In this document: one piece after another, positions 19,002-28,638 of the stretch | How positions within the stretch are numbered: the first letter of the stretch is position 1 | Layout of the letters: the number at the start of each line of letters is the position of its first letter | Assembly (NCBI GenBank): GCA_001792535.1 | Contig: MGGS01000007.1 | Span: 44 to 64,043 of the forward strand | DNA length: 64,000 bases | Origin: Candidatus Woesebacteria bacterium RIFCSPHIGHO2_02_FULL_42_20 | GTDB taxonomy: Bacteria; Patescibacteriota; Microgenomatia; UBA8517 | Direction: 5' to 3' | Translations under genes and position numbers: made by a program | The notes under the pieces: generated by a model | Databases searched by the model: none | Told to the model about the DNA's origin: nothing | Seen by the model: the letters and a program-made list of their open reading frames with translations, nothing else

Positions 19002-20726
19002 ATGAAGAAAGTTGCACTCTTTATCTTGGTTACTTTTACCCTAGTAACCGGGTTGTATTCTATCTACAACATAATTTATTCCGGAAAAATTTACCCCGGC
19101 ATAACAATAGCCAATGCGGACATATCAGGAACGATTCCTGCCGATTCCAAATTTAAATTAATCCAGCACATTGCAATGCCCACAGAAATCACTTTGAGTT
19201 TCCAAAGTCAGGCATTTAACATCCCTACATCCTCGGTTAAGTTTGGTTATGACCTCGACAAAACTGTTGAGGCTGCCTATAGGTTTGGTCGGTCCGGAAA
19301 CGTTGCTGTTGACATCAAAAACAGTATCGCGGCACCGTTTTTAAAACCAAACTATCCCCTAAGATTTAACCTCGATCAAGAAAAACTAAACGACCTTCTT
19401 TCAACCATAGCCGAACAAGTTACTGTCGAGCCGGCAAGCCCTTATGTGGAACTGACCGACACTGGAAAAATAATTGTCAACAGAGGTAAAACCGGCACAA
19501 GCATCGATAAAGCGAAAATAGAAAAAGAAATCTTAGAAAACTTTTCTAGAAACACCTTCTCGCCCATTGTCATTTCTACCATTGAAGTAGACCCGACAAT
19601 CAACGAGCAACAAGCAAAGGTTTTGGAGCAAAGAGCCCAAAAAGTACTTGGCAAAAACGTAGCCCTGACCAGCGACAATTACAAACTCAAAATAACAGAC
19701 AAGGAAATAATCTCTCGCCTTAACGAAAACGGTTTTGACCAGGAAAAAATTTTACAAAAAGTCGCCGAAGTTTCAAGAGCCCTTAATCAGCAACCGCAAA
19801 ACCCGGTATTTATCGAAGAGAACGGCAAAGTAAAAGAGTTCACACCTTCCAAAAACGGCGTGTCGGTACTTAGCGAGATACTAGCCAAAGACATTTTGGC
19901 GGCTTTCAAACTGCTCGAGGCTTCCGAGGAAAAAATCGCCAACATTAACGTTTCAGTTGAAATTGCCGAACCGGCTATTAAAACGGAGGACATAAACAAT
20001 TTAGGAATCAAAGAACTTCTTGGTATCGGAACTTCCACTTTTAAAGGGTCTATTCCCGGAAGAATTCATAACATTGAGCTTGCCGCCAGCCGCTTAAACG
20101 GTGTACTAATCGCTCCGGGTGAAACCTTTTCATTTAACGAAGCTCTTGGGGACGTGTCACGCTACACCGGGTACCAGTCGGCCTACGTAATAAAAGACGG
20201 AAAAACAATTTTGGGCGACGGGGGCGGTGTTTGCCAGGTATCGACCACCTTCTTTAGAGCGGCTCTAGACTCTGGACTTCCAATTGTGGAACGTAGAGCC
20301 CATTCTTACCGCGTTTACTATTACGAACAGGACTCCGGTCCTGGACTGGACGCAACTGTTTACGCACCGACAACAGACCTTAAGATACAAAACGACACCC
20401 TGGGGCATATTCTAATCCAAAGCTCTACCGACACCAAAAATCTTGCCTTGAGGTTTGAGTTTTATGGCACCAGCGACGGAAGAGTAGCAACCACTACAAA
20501 ACCGGTAATCTTAAATTCCATTGCTCCACCCGAGGACCTCTATCAGGACGATCCTACACTTGCCAGCGGGGTTGTCAAGCAAACCGAACATAAGGCTTGG
20601 GGAGCAAAAGTTATCTTTGATTACTCCGTAGAGCGAAACGGAGAAAATATCTATAAAAAACAATTCGTGAGTAACTACCGCCCCTGGCAAGCCATATTTC
20701 TGCGAGGTACGGCCCCCGCTCAGTAG
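19002..20726 (+). CDS. VanW family protein with peptidoglycan-binding domain
   Basis: RIHNIELAA, PGETFSFN, GGGVCQVSTT, ERRAHSY, GLDATV. Confidence 0.9.
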   Translation: MKKVALFILVTFTLVTGLYSIYNIIYSGKIYPGITIANADISGTIPADSKFKLIQHIAMPTEITLSFQSQAFNIPTSSVKFGYDLDKTVEAAYRFGRSGNVAVDIKNSIAAPFLKPNYPLRFNLDQEKLNDLLSTIAEQVTVEPASPYVELTDTGKIIVNRGKTGTSIDKAKIEKEILENFSRNTFSPIVISTIEVDPTINEQQAKVLEQRAQKVLGKNVALTSDNYKLKITDKEIISRLNENGFDQEKILQKVAEVSRALNQQPQNPVFIEENGKVKEFTPSKNGVSVLSEILAKDILAAFKLLEASEEKIANINVSVEIAEPAIKTEDINNLGIKELLGIGTSTFKGSIPGRIHNIELAASRLNGVLIAPGETFSFNEALGDVSRYTGYQSAYVIKDGKTILGDGGGVCQVSTTFFRAALDSGLPIVERRAHSYRVYYYEQDSGPGLDATVYAPTTDLKIQNDTLGHILIQSSTDTKNLALRFEFYGTSDGRVATTTKPVILNSIAPPEDLYQDDPTLASGVVKQTEHKAWGAKVIFDYSVERNGENIYKKQFVSNYRPWQAIFLRGTAPAQ

Positions 20727-20777
20727 TTTGTACAAAGTTACAACGTTGACAAAGTTCACAAAATATTTTATTATAAT
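20727..20777 (+). promoter_or_regulatory. Sigma70-like promoter with ACAAAGTT-like direct repeats (probable TA operator)
   Basis: TTGACA 20746-20751, TATTAT/TATAAT 20769-20777; ACAAAGTT, ACAACGTT, ACAAAGTT repeats. Confidence 0.5.
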
Positions 20778-20872
20778 CCCATACCCAAAATACTCTGGTT
20801 TGCATCTAAAAATGACATTTTGGGGGATCAAAATCACTAACGAAGAGTTACAAACTCAAGTTAGTGGAGTTT

Positions 20873-21142
20873 ATGCAAACAATAACCATTAAAGAAACCA
20901 GAAACAATTTAGCTGAATTAATTGAAAAGGTCGCTGTGGGAAATAAAACCTTTATCATCACAAAATTTGGTAAGGCTAAAGCTCAACTTACTCCAGTAAG
21001 CAAGAATATGTCTCAAAAACAAAAAAAGAAAGATTTCCCCGGATTTGGCATGTGGGCAGATAGAAAAGATATGCAAGATTCAGCAAAATGGGTAGCCAAA
21101 ATAAGAAGTGAGTGGAAAAATAGGTATGAACCAACTCCTTGA
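20873..21142 (+). CDS. Phd/YefM family antitoxin
   Basis: TITIKETRNNLAELIEKV...FIITKFGKAKAQL; FGMWADR. Confidence 0.9.
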   Translation: MQTITIKETRNNLAELIEKVAVGNKTFIITKFGKAKAQLTPVSKNMSQKQKKKDFPGFGMWADRKDMQDSAKWVAKIRSEWKNRYEPTP

Positions 21143-21506
21143 TACTACTGTTTTTGTTGATTACTACAGAAAAGCTCCTCGGGCACAGCAATTCCTTCAG
21201 AATGAAACTGCTTTACTCTGCTCGGTTATCACCGCTGCAGAACTCATCCGGGGTTCCCGAAATAAAAATGAACAAAGAAACGTTGAAAAGTTGCTGTCAA
21301 AAATCGAGCTTGTACCACTTAACACTCAAATAGGAACCATTATGCTCGAACTAATGAAAAAGTATTATCTTTCGCACGGGTTGCAAATCCCCGACGCTTT
21401 AATAGCTGCGACTGCAATAGAAGAAGCTTTAACATTGGTTACCTCAAACGTCAAACATTTCTCTTTCATAAAAGGATTAAAGCTTGAAGACTGGAGTAGG
21501 CTTTAG
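21126..21506 (+). CDS. vapC: VapC PIN-domain toxin
   Basis: LLDTTVFVD, ITAAELIRG, IPDALIAATA, LVTSNVKHF. Confidence 0.9.
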   Translation: MNQLLDTTVFVDYYRKAPRAQQFLQNETALLCSVITAAELIRGSRNKNEQRNVEKLLSKIELVPLNTQIGTIMLELMKKYYLSHGLQIPDALIAATAIEEALTLVTSNVKHFSFIKGLKLEDWSRL

Positions 21507-21581
21507 AAAAATCAGAAAGTCATCTTTGAAAGAGTTTAGTCATACTCCATTTTTGCTTCGAAATGATATACTACAGGATCT

Positions 21582-22196
21582 ATGCGAGAGTACGAAACCA
21601 GAGTTGCAACTCCTCACGACATAACTGGGATGGCTCAGTTTGAAACCAGAAAATTACTGGAATTGATCATGAACGGTGTTTTACCGGAGTGTGATTTAAG
21701 TTTTGGGTCAGACGAAATTTGTCCAAGAATAGATTTCAATCAACTTCGAAGAATGAGGGCAACCCATCTGGAAAACGATCAAGGTCAAAACGGTAGGGTG
21801 CAAATTGTTTGCCTAGACCGCAATGGCCAGATAACAGGCTCTGGTAAGGTGCGAATTGTACCTGAAGAAAAAAGAGCCGTTTTCTATGGAAATTATGCTG
21901 ATAGGAATACGGGATTACATGTACTAAGAGCTTCCATTAAAGAACTTGAAAAGTTAGAGTCGGAATTTGGAACAACCATTACTACGGTGTCAATTAGCCG
22001 ATATGAACAATCAGAGAATTCAAAACCATTTTTTAAAACAATAGCAGGTTGGGTAAACGGAGCAAAAACAGATTCAATAATAATAGATACTTACAAATGG
22101 AAAGGGCACAACGTTTTCCGTTTTACAACCAGCAGAGATGTATTTGAAGATTTAGTAGAAGAATTTGCTCCGAAAGTATCTGCTTTTCTTTCTTGA
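21582..22196 (+). CDS. Hypothetical protein (possibly GNAT-like fold)
   Basis: 204-aa ORF with TATACT box 9 nt upstream. Confidence 0.6.
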   Translation: MREYETRVATPHDITGMAQFETRKLLELIMNGVLPECDLSFGSDEICPRIDFNQLRRMRATHLENDQGQNGRVQIVCLDRNGQITGSGKVRIVPEEKRAVFYGNYADRNTGLHVLRASIKELEKLESEFGTTITTVSISRYEQSENSKPFFKTIAGWVNGAKTDSIIIDTYKWKGHNVFRFTTSRDVFEDLVEEFAPKVSAFLS

Positions 22197-22305
22197 AACG
22201 CCCCGACTATGCTAAAATTACATTGTAAGCAAAGATTTCATACAAAACTATAATGAGTAATATATTTCTTCTCTAGTACATTTTTGTTGTTGAAATACGG
22301 AATAT

Positions 22306-22586
22306 ATGAACATTAAGAAAATTAGCGAAATTGAAGTTGACGAGATTGTGAAAACACTTGAAAAGGGTTGGTCATTATGCCGACCGAAACGGTTTACGGC
22401 GCGTTTACCGATGCGACACTGCCAACTGGAACATTTAAGCAAGTTGAGCACAAAGCCTGGGGTGTAAAGGTTATATTTGATTACTCCGTAAAGAGAAACG
22501 GAGAAGAAATCTATAAAAAACAATTCGTGAGTAACTCCCAGCCATGACAAGCGGTGTTTCTGCGTGGTACAAACCCTGTTCAGTAA
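22306..22586 (+). pseudogene. Chimeric remnant: tsaC 5' fragment fused to vanW-like 3' fragment
   Basis: MNIKKISEIEVDEIVKTLEKG/LVIMPTETVYGAFTDAT joined to LPTGTFKQVEHKAWGVKVIFDYSV...QP*QAVFLRGTNPVQ*. Confidence 0.85.
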
Positions 22587-22614
22587 TTAGCAACGTTGTT
22601 GTAAATAAGACTTT

Positions 22615-23817
22615 TTAAGACCCGAGCTCTATAGCCGCCTTCACATAAACCTCTAAAATTTTAACTAAAGAGTCTATTTTTAAATACTCATCTGAAGAAT
22701 GAGCCCCTTCGCCTTCCACACCGAAACCACACACCGTAGGTATACCAACTTTGTTGAACAAGTAGGCCTCGTTAATTGGCCCTGATCCTTCAATTACAGG
22801 TTGAGTCTTTAACACATTTTTTGATAAAGATTGTAAAATCTTAACTATCTTTTCGTTTCTAGAAATTACTGAACCCTGGACGCTCCTTATTAACTTTGGC
22901 TTAATTAGTATTTTATCTTTCGATTTTTTCTTAGCTAACTTCTTTATCCACTTTATATAAACATCTCTATCCTGATTGGGTAAAAACCTTGCGTCTATGA
23001 TCAGCTTTACACTATCCGGTACTATTCCTACAGCAGAACCCCCCTTAATATAAATTGGTGTTTGTATAAAACAATAACCTGGAAAGTCCTTGTGATATTC
23101 GGTTTCAAAGTGAAATTTATCCAAACTTTGTAAAAAATCGACTGTGGCGGTTATTGCACTTTTACCTTTTTTGCCCAACTGCCAAGATTTAGAACCTACA
23201 TGTGCTGCCTCACCTAGTACCTCTATAGACATTTTTACCAAGCCCCTATGTCCAATTTTAATTGCGTCTAACCCTGGATATGTATAAATCGCGGCCTCCG
23301 CGTTAAGCCCTTTCTCTAACAAAAATTTACTACCCAAAGGAGAATCTGCTCCAACCTCTTCATCAGAAGATGCCACAAATTTTGCGATGTCATTGTAGCC
23401 CAAATCCGATATGATCTTAAGCGCGTAAATCGAAAGAGCAATACCTCCTTTGCAATCAATTGCGCCACGTCCGAATAACTTACCGTCCTCAACTTCTGCA
23501 GCAAAAGGTTTATGCTTCCACAACCTTCTATCTCCTACTGGGGCCGTATCCAAATGCGCGGCAAACAATAATCCTCTTTTTTGCGAATAATTAGTACCAA
23601 TAAAAACATTGGGTCTTTCTTTGTCTAAAGCAACAATCTGTACCGGTAAGCGCAACCTCTGTGCTTTTTTAAAAACTAATGCAGCAACATGTTTTTCCTT
23701 GTCCAACCCATTGACTGAAGGTATTCTAACCAGCTCTTTACAAAAATTTACCAGGTCATCTTCATATAAATCTATTTTCTTTTGGATTGTTTTGGAGGCA
23801 CGACTGCTTAACATCAA
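22615..23817 (-). CDS. M20 family metallohydrolase (ArgE/DapE-like)
   Basis: AHLDT, GRGAIDCKGG, SDEEVG, AHSSDEY. Confidence 0.9.
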   Translation of the reverse strand: MMLSSRASKTIQKKIDLYEDDLVNFCKELVRIPSVNGLDKEKHVAALVFKKAQRLRLPVQIVALDKERPNVFIGTNYSQKRGLLFAAHLDTAPVGDRRLWKHKPFAAEVEDGKLFGRGAIDCKGGIALSIYALKIISDLGYNDIAKFVASSDEEVGADSPLGSKFLLEKGLNAEAAIYTYPGLDAIKIGHRGLVKMSIEVLGEAAHVGSKSWQLGKKGKSAITATVDFLQSLDKFHFETEYHKDFPGYCFIQTPIYIKGGSAVGIVPDSVKLIIDARFLPNQDRDVYIKWIKKLAKKKSKDKILIKPKLIRSVQGSVISRNEKIVKILQSLSKNVLKTQPVIEGSGPINEAYLFNKVGIPTVCGFGVEGEGAHSSDEYLKIDSLVKILEVYVKAAIELGS

Positions 23818-23870
23818 TCTGAATTATAAACTAAACTAAGTCTGTGTTAAAATTTGTTTTTAAAAAAACC

Positions 23871-24914
23871 ATGAAAACAATAAAGACTGGCTCCATCGAA
23901 AAGATCGTTGACACCCTTAAAAACGGCGGACTTGTAATTATGCCCACGGAAACCGTCTATATAGCAGCTGTCGATGCAACAAACCACGCGGCAGTCCAAA
24001 AACTAATTAAATATAAAAACAGGCCGTTTGGAAAGCCGTTTTCAGTCGGCGTTGCCGACCTTAAAATGGCACAAGTTTTGGCCAAAATGAATCAAACCGC
24101 GCTTAATCTTTATAAAAACTTTTACCCCGGACCAGTCACAATTGTTTGCAGTGGTAAACATAAAGTTGCAACAGGGATAGAATCAGAACTGGGGACATTG
24201 GGCATATTTGTTACGGATCACAAATTAACAATTGACGTTATTAAGGCTCTTGGCAAACCAATTACTACTACTTCTGCAAACGCAAGTTACCAAAAAAGAC
24301 CTTTTAAAATTAAGGATTTGTTAGATTTTCTCTCAATTAAACAAAAGGGGCTGATTGACCTAATTGTTGATGCCGGCGAGATTCCTTACCGGGAAGCTTC
24401 TACCGTCATTGACACGACAATCGACGATCCAGCAGTACTGCGACAGGGTGAAATCAGACTAAAAGACAAAAACGAAGTACTAAGCAGAAGCGAAGAAAGT
24501 ACCCAAAATATAGGGAAAGAACTTTGGCAAAAATTTGAAAAGTACTTCGGGCAAAGAGCGCTGGTCTTTGCCTTAGAGGGACCGATGGGAGTAGGAAAAA
24601 CCGTCTTTACAAAAGGGCTGGCCCGCGCAATGGGAATAAAGGATGAAATAGTATCCCCTACTTATAATCTGGAGGAAGAATACGATAATGGAAAGCTTCA
24701 CCACTTCGATGCGTGGAGAATAGAGAATAATGAGGAACTTAACAATTTAGAATTCTCCAAAAAAATAACTGACAAAACTGTTATTGCAATTGAGTGGGCG
24801 GACAGAGTTGCGGATGAAATAAGAAAGTATAGCGAAGAAGCAATAATCATATGGATCAAAATAGAATATGCTAGAGGGGAGAATGAGAGAATAGTGTCTT
24901 GGGGAACTTTATGA
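23871..24914 (+). CDS. tsaC: TsaC (YrdC/Sua5)-TsaE fusion
   Basis: PTETVY, KxR (YKNRP), TSAN, LRQG; then GPMGVGKT, VSPTY, HFDAWR, IEWAD. Confidence 0.9.
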   Translation: MKTIKTGSIEKIVDTLKNGGLVIMPTETVYIAAVDATNHAAVQKLIKYKNRPFGKPFSVGVADLKMAQVLAKMNQTALNLYKNFYPGPVTIVCSGKHKVATGIESELGTLGIFVTDHKLTIDVIKALGKPITTTSANASYQKRPFKIKDLLDFLSIKQKGLIDLIVDAGEIPYREASTVIDTTIDDPAVLRQGEIRLKDKNEVLSRSEESTQNIGKELWQKFEKYFGQRALVFALEGPMGVGKTVFTKGLARAMGIKDEIVSPTYNLEEEYDNGKLHHFDAWRIENNEELNNLEFSKKITDKTVIAIEWADRVADEIRKYSEEAIIIWIKIEYARGENERIVSWGTL

Positions 24915-25975
24915 AGATACTTGCGATAGACACATCGACTGACGAGACAGCCGCTGCAGTAACGCAAGGAATTAAAGTTTTGTCAAATATTATTTGGTCA
25001 CAAGCTTCGCTTCACGCTAAATGGGGTGGAGTTTACCCGTCACTTGCAAAAAGGGTACACCTGGAAAGAATTGATTGGGTTGTGTCAAAAGCACTTTCTT
25101 CTGCTAAATGTGAAGCTGATAATATTAATGCTATCGCGGTCGGCACAGGACCAGGACTCGCCGTGGCTATCGAAGTAGGCCTTGCCAAGGCAAAGAAGAT
25201 TAGCTTGTTGCTTAACAAGCCTTTTATAGCAATAAATCACGTCGAGGGCCATTTATTAAGCGTTCTTGCAAAACCTAAAACTTCACGTCAACAAAGACCT
25301 AAAGACATTGTCGGTTTTCCGGCAATTGGCTTGGTTGCCTCGGGAGGGACTACGCAGCTGGTTTTAATAATGCGAGTGGGAACTTATGAAATTCTTGCAC
25401 ATACAATAGATGACGCTCTGGGAGAAGCGCTTGATAAAGCTGCCAGAATGCTGGGCCTCGGTTATCCAGGAGGGCCTATTCTTGAAATAATGGCGAAAGA
25501 AGGCGATCCAAAAACCTATAATTTACCAATTCCGATGCTTGGCAAAGAAAACAGGTCAAGGTTCAGCTACTCAGGAATCAAAACCGCAATGTACAAACTG
25601 GTACAAAATGAGCAACCTCTCACTAAAGAGAAAATACATAATCTTGCCGCCTCTTTTCAAGACAAAACATTTCAACATGTCGAAAGACTTATCCGAAAGG
25701 TATTGGAAACATATAAAGTCAAGGAGTTTTTTTTGACGGGAGGGGTGTCAGCAAACATTGAGCTTCGAAAAAGGATAAGAAAAATTTGCAATGAAAGAGA
25801 AATTATCTTATCTATCCCCTACTCTAAAAAACTTTGTACGGACAACGCCGCAATGATTGGAATTGCTGCTAACTTTAAATTTCAAAGAGGAGAAATTGTA
25901 ACATCAACTAACCTTGACTTGGTTGACAGAGTTCCGAGAGCAAGGGTCGATAAAAAGTTCCCTTGGGAAAAGTAG
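24911..25975 (+). CDS. tsaD: tRNA N6-adenosine threonylcarbamoyltransferase TsaD
   Basis: GPGL, NHVEGH, DDALGEALDK, GGVSAN, CTDNAAMIG. Confidence 0.95.
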   Translation: MKILAIDTSTDETAAAVTQGIKVLSNIIWSQASLHAKWGGVYPSLAKRVHLERIDWVVSKALSSAKCEADNINAIAVGTGPGLAVAIEVGLAKAKKISLLLNKPFIAINHVEGHLLSVLAKPKTSRQQRPKDIVGFPAIGLVASGGTTQLVLIMRVGTYEILAHTIDDALGEALDKAARMLGLGYPGGPILEIMAKEGDPKTYNLPIPMLGKENRSRFSYSGIKTAMYKLVQNEQPLTKEKIHNLAASFQDKTFQHVERLIRKVLETYKVKEFFLTGGVSANIELRKRIRKICNEREIILSIPYSKKLCTDNAAMIGIAANFKFQRGEIVTSTNLDLVDRVPRARVDKKFPWEK

Positions 25976-26079
25976 TCGCTTTTTTTGGAGCGGTTTAGGA
26001 CTTATAGTATTGCACGTGTTAGGAAAATATACATACTTTTTGTCTATCATGAATTCAGGCGGTATAATAGCCCAGTAAC

Positions 26080-28338
26080 GTGGATAAAATTTACGATCAC
26101 AAAAAATACGAGGAAAAGATTTATAAACTTTGGGAGAAGTCAGGTGCTTTTACCCCAAAAGTCGACAATAACAAAAAACCTTATACGATAATTCTCCCTC
26201 TCCCCAATGCTAGCGGTAAAATGCATACCGGCAATGTTTTAATGATTGCTATTGAGGATTTACTTATTCGCTGGAAGCGAATGCAAGGCTTTAGTGCCCT
26301 TTGGATACCGGGGACGGATCATGCAGGAATTGAAACTCAAGTTACCTTCGAACGTCATTTGAAAGAAACAGGAAAATCGCGTTTTGATTTTGACCGGCAG
26401 ACTCTATACAAAATGATTTGGGGCTTTGTTCAAGAAAACAAACACCTAATTGAAAGCCAAATACGAAGCATGGGGGCATCAGTCGACTGGACGCGCTACA
26501 AATTTTCACTAGACCCCGATATTGTCGACACTGTTTTAACCACTTTCGAGAAATTACATGCCGACGGCTTAGTTTACAAGGACGATTATATGGTCAACTA
26601 CTGTCCGGGCTGCGGTACTACTTTCGCTGACCTCGAAGTAGTTCATAAAGAAAGAAAGGACCCTCTTTACTACGTCCGATACCCCTTAGTTAACAAGGGT
26701 AAAAGTGAGCCAGACTATATAGTTGTCGCGACGGTACGGCCTGAACCGATCTTTGTAGATACGCATCTGGCTGTCAATCCCAAAGACAAGAAAAATAATT
26801 GGCTTGTGGGCAAAAAAGTAAAAAATCCGTTGACCGGCAAAGATATGGAAATTATTGCCGACGACTTTGTTGATCCAAAGTTTGGAACCGGGATCGTCAA
26901 AATGACTCCTGCTCATGACAAAGTTGATCTGGAAGTAGCTAAAAAACATTCTCTGCCAATAAACAAAGCACTTGACCTTAATGGGAAAGTATTGCCAGAG
27001 GGAGGAAAACTCACAGGACTCAACGTAGTGCAAGCACGCAAAATGGCTGTTAAAATCTTGGGAGATAAAGGACTGCTGGAAAAAGTCGACCGAAACTACA
27101 GCCACTCGGTGGCAGTTTGTTACAAAGTCGGCCACGACATCGAGCCGACAATCCTTCCTAATTGGTTTGTAAAAGTAGCAACTTTAAAAAAACCGGCGCA
27201 TGATGCCGTCAAGAGGGGTAAAGTCAGAATATTCCCCAAATGGCAGGAGATTAAATATCACAGGTGGATGGAATCGATGCTCGACTGGCCGGTATCTCGG
27301 CAAGCCGTTTGGGGCATTCGGATCCCCGTTTGGTATAACCTCAAGCAAAATCCAAAAATTGCTCTTTCATTCATCAACAAAAAAGGAAAAACGGTTAGTG
27401 GACCAGTCGATGAACTTACTAAGAAATATTCCCTCGCCGAAATCGAAAAAGGCCTGCAAACACTCATTGCGCCTCACGATGCACAGTACAGGATCTCTAA
27501 AAAAAGTCCGGGGAAAGGATACTTGCAGGAAACAGATACTTTCGACACTTGGTTCTCTTCCGGCCAATGGCCATTAGTAACACTGGGATATCCTGCCTCC
27601 GCTGACTTTAAAAATTTCTATCCCACGGATGTGCTCGAAACCGCGTGGGAAATCTTGCGTCTTTGGGTATCCAGGATGATTATGTTCGGAATATATTTGA
27701 CAGGCAAATCACCTTTCAAAGATGTCTACTTGCATGGAGTTGTTCGGGCGTTGGACGGCAAAAAGATGAGTAAAAGTTTGGGCAACGTAATAAACCCCGA
27801 CGACTATCAAACAGAATTCGGCACAGACGCTTTGAGAATGGGACTTGTTATCGGCAATGCCAACGGCCACGATTTTAATTTTCCCCGGGACAAAGTAACT
27901 TCGGCAAAAAACTTCGCCAATAAAATTTGGAATATGGGAAGGTTTATGAAGTTCATGTTTGAAAAATGTGAAACCAAAGTGCCTTTTTATTCACCAGATT
28001 TAACCTCAAATCTTAAAAAAGAGGATAAAATAATAATTAAAAAATTAAACACACTTGTCAATAAAACTGACTCTTCATTGGAAAAATATCGCTTTGCAGA
28101 TGCAGCTGATGCAATATACCACTTTATGTGGCACGAACTGGCAGATAAATATATAGAGACAATGAAGAACAGAGCAGATAAAGATATTGCACTGTCGGTG
28201 TTAAGACATATTTATTTAAACTGTCTCAAACTTCTACACCCATTCATGCCGTTTGTCACCGAAGCCATCTGGCAGGAGCTTAAGCCTTTACGCAAGAAAA
28301 AGGGGTTGCTGATTACCTCCCTCTGGCCGAGAAGCTAA
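26080..28338 (+). CDS. valS: Valine--tRNA ligase (no C-terminal coiled coil)
   Basis: PGTDHAGIETQ, GTGIVKMTPAHD, DTWFSSGQWP, KMSKS. Confidence 0.95.
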   Translation: MDKIYDHKKYEEKIYKLWEKSGAFTPKVDNNKKPYTIILPLPNASGKMHTGNVLMIAIEDLLIRWKRMQGFSALWIPGTDHAGIETQVTFERHLKETGKSRFDFDRQTLYKMIWGFVQENKHLIESQIRSMGASVDWTRYKFSLDPDIVDTVLTTFEKLHADGLVYKDDYMVNYCPGCGTTFADLEVVHKERKDPLYYVRYPLVNKGKSEPDYIVVATVRPEPIFVDTHLAVNPKDKKNNWLVGKKVKNPLTGKDMEIIADDFVDPKFGTGIVKMTPAHDKVDLEVAKKHSLPINKALDLNGKVLPEGGKLTGLNVVQARKMAVKILGDKGLLEKVDRNYSHSVAVCYKVGHDIEPTILPNWFVKVATLKKPAHDAVKRGKVRIFPKWQEIKYHRWMESMLDWPVSRQAVWGIRIPVWYNLKQNPKIALSFINKKGKTVSGPVDELTKKYSLAEIEKGLQTLIAPHDAQYRISKKSPGKGYLQETDTFDTWFSSGQWPLVTLGYPASADFKNFYPTDVLETAWEILRLWVSRMIMFGIYLTGKSPFKDVYLHGVVRALDGKKMSKSLGNVINPDDYQTEFGTDALRMGLVIGNANGHDFNFPRDKVTSAKNFANKIWNMGRFMKFMFEKCETKVPFYSPDLTSNLKKEDKIIIKKLNTLVNKTDSSLEKYRFADAADAIYHFMWHELADKYIETMKNRADKDIALSVLRHIYLNCLKLLHPFMPFVTEAIWQELKPLRKKKGLLITSLWPRS

Positions 28339-28637
28339 CCTCTTGAAGTTAGAACCAGTATCGAGCCACCAATTGCAATCGCTACCTCGACAAGAATCAG
28401 GATTACCCAAAAAACCGGCCGTGCAACTTTTTTCTCTTCTTCCACAACAGCCACCTGAGCTTGGCCCGGGAGGCCGACAATCGACTGGTTCGACACAATA
28501 GGTTGGACTACAGCCTGGGTCTGCCGGTGGTCTTCCGGGGCAACAGGTATATTTTTACTCGACGAATACTGGCCACCACCGGAAGCGGGGAAAATCGGGT
28601 CGTCTACCGGAGCTGTTAACTGGGCAGAGTCTGTCAT
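28335..28637 (-). CDS. Hypothetical protein with C-terminal TM
   Basis: 100-aa ORF, disordered N-terminus, coupled to upstream gene. Confidence 0.55.
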   Translation of the reverse strand: MTDSAQLTAPVDDPIFPASGGGQYSSSKNIPVAPEDHRQTQAVVQPIVSNQSIVGLPGQAQVAVVEEEKKVARPVFWVILILVEVAIAIGGSILVLTSRG

Positions 28638-28638
28638 C

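Noticed and set aside
20727-20765. Short direct repeats as a mini-CRISPR or iteron set
   Set aside because: Only 8-bp units overlapping a promoter, with no spacers, cas or rep genes
14873-22546. In-frame stops (TAG 14873, TAG 17058, TGA in the vanW stub) as evidence of a recoded genetic code
   Set aside because: All lie in accessory or remnant genes; core genes end normally at TAG, TGA and TAA and contain no internal stops
20556-22586. Diverged vanW repeat pair as a DGR template/variable repeat
   Set aside because: Differences are not adenine-specific, many are synonymous, and there is no reverse transcriptase in the window
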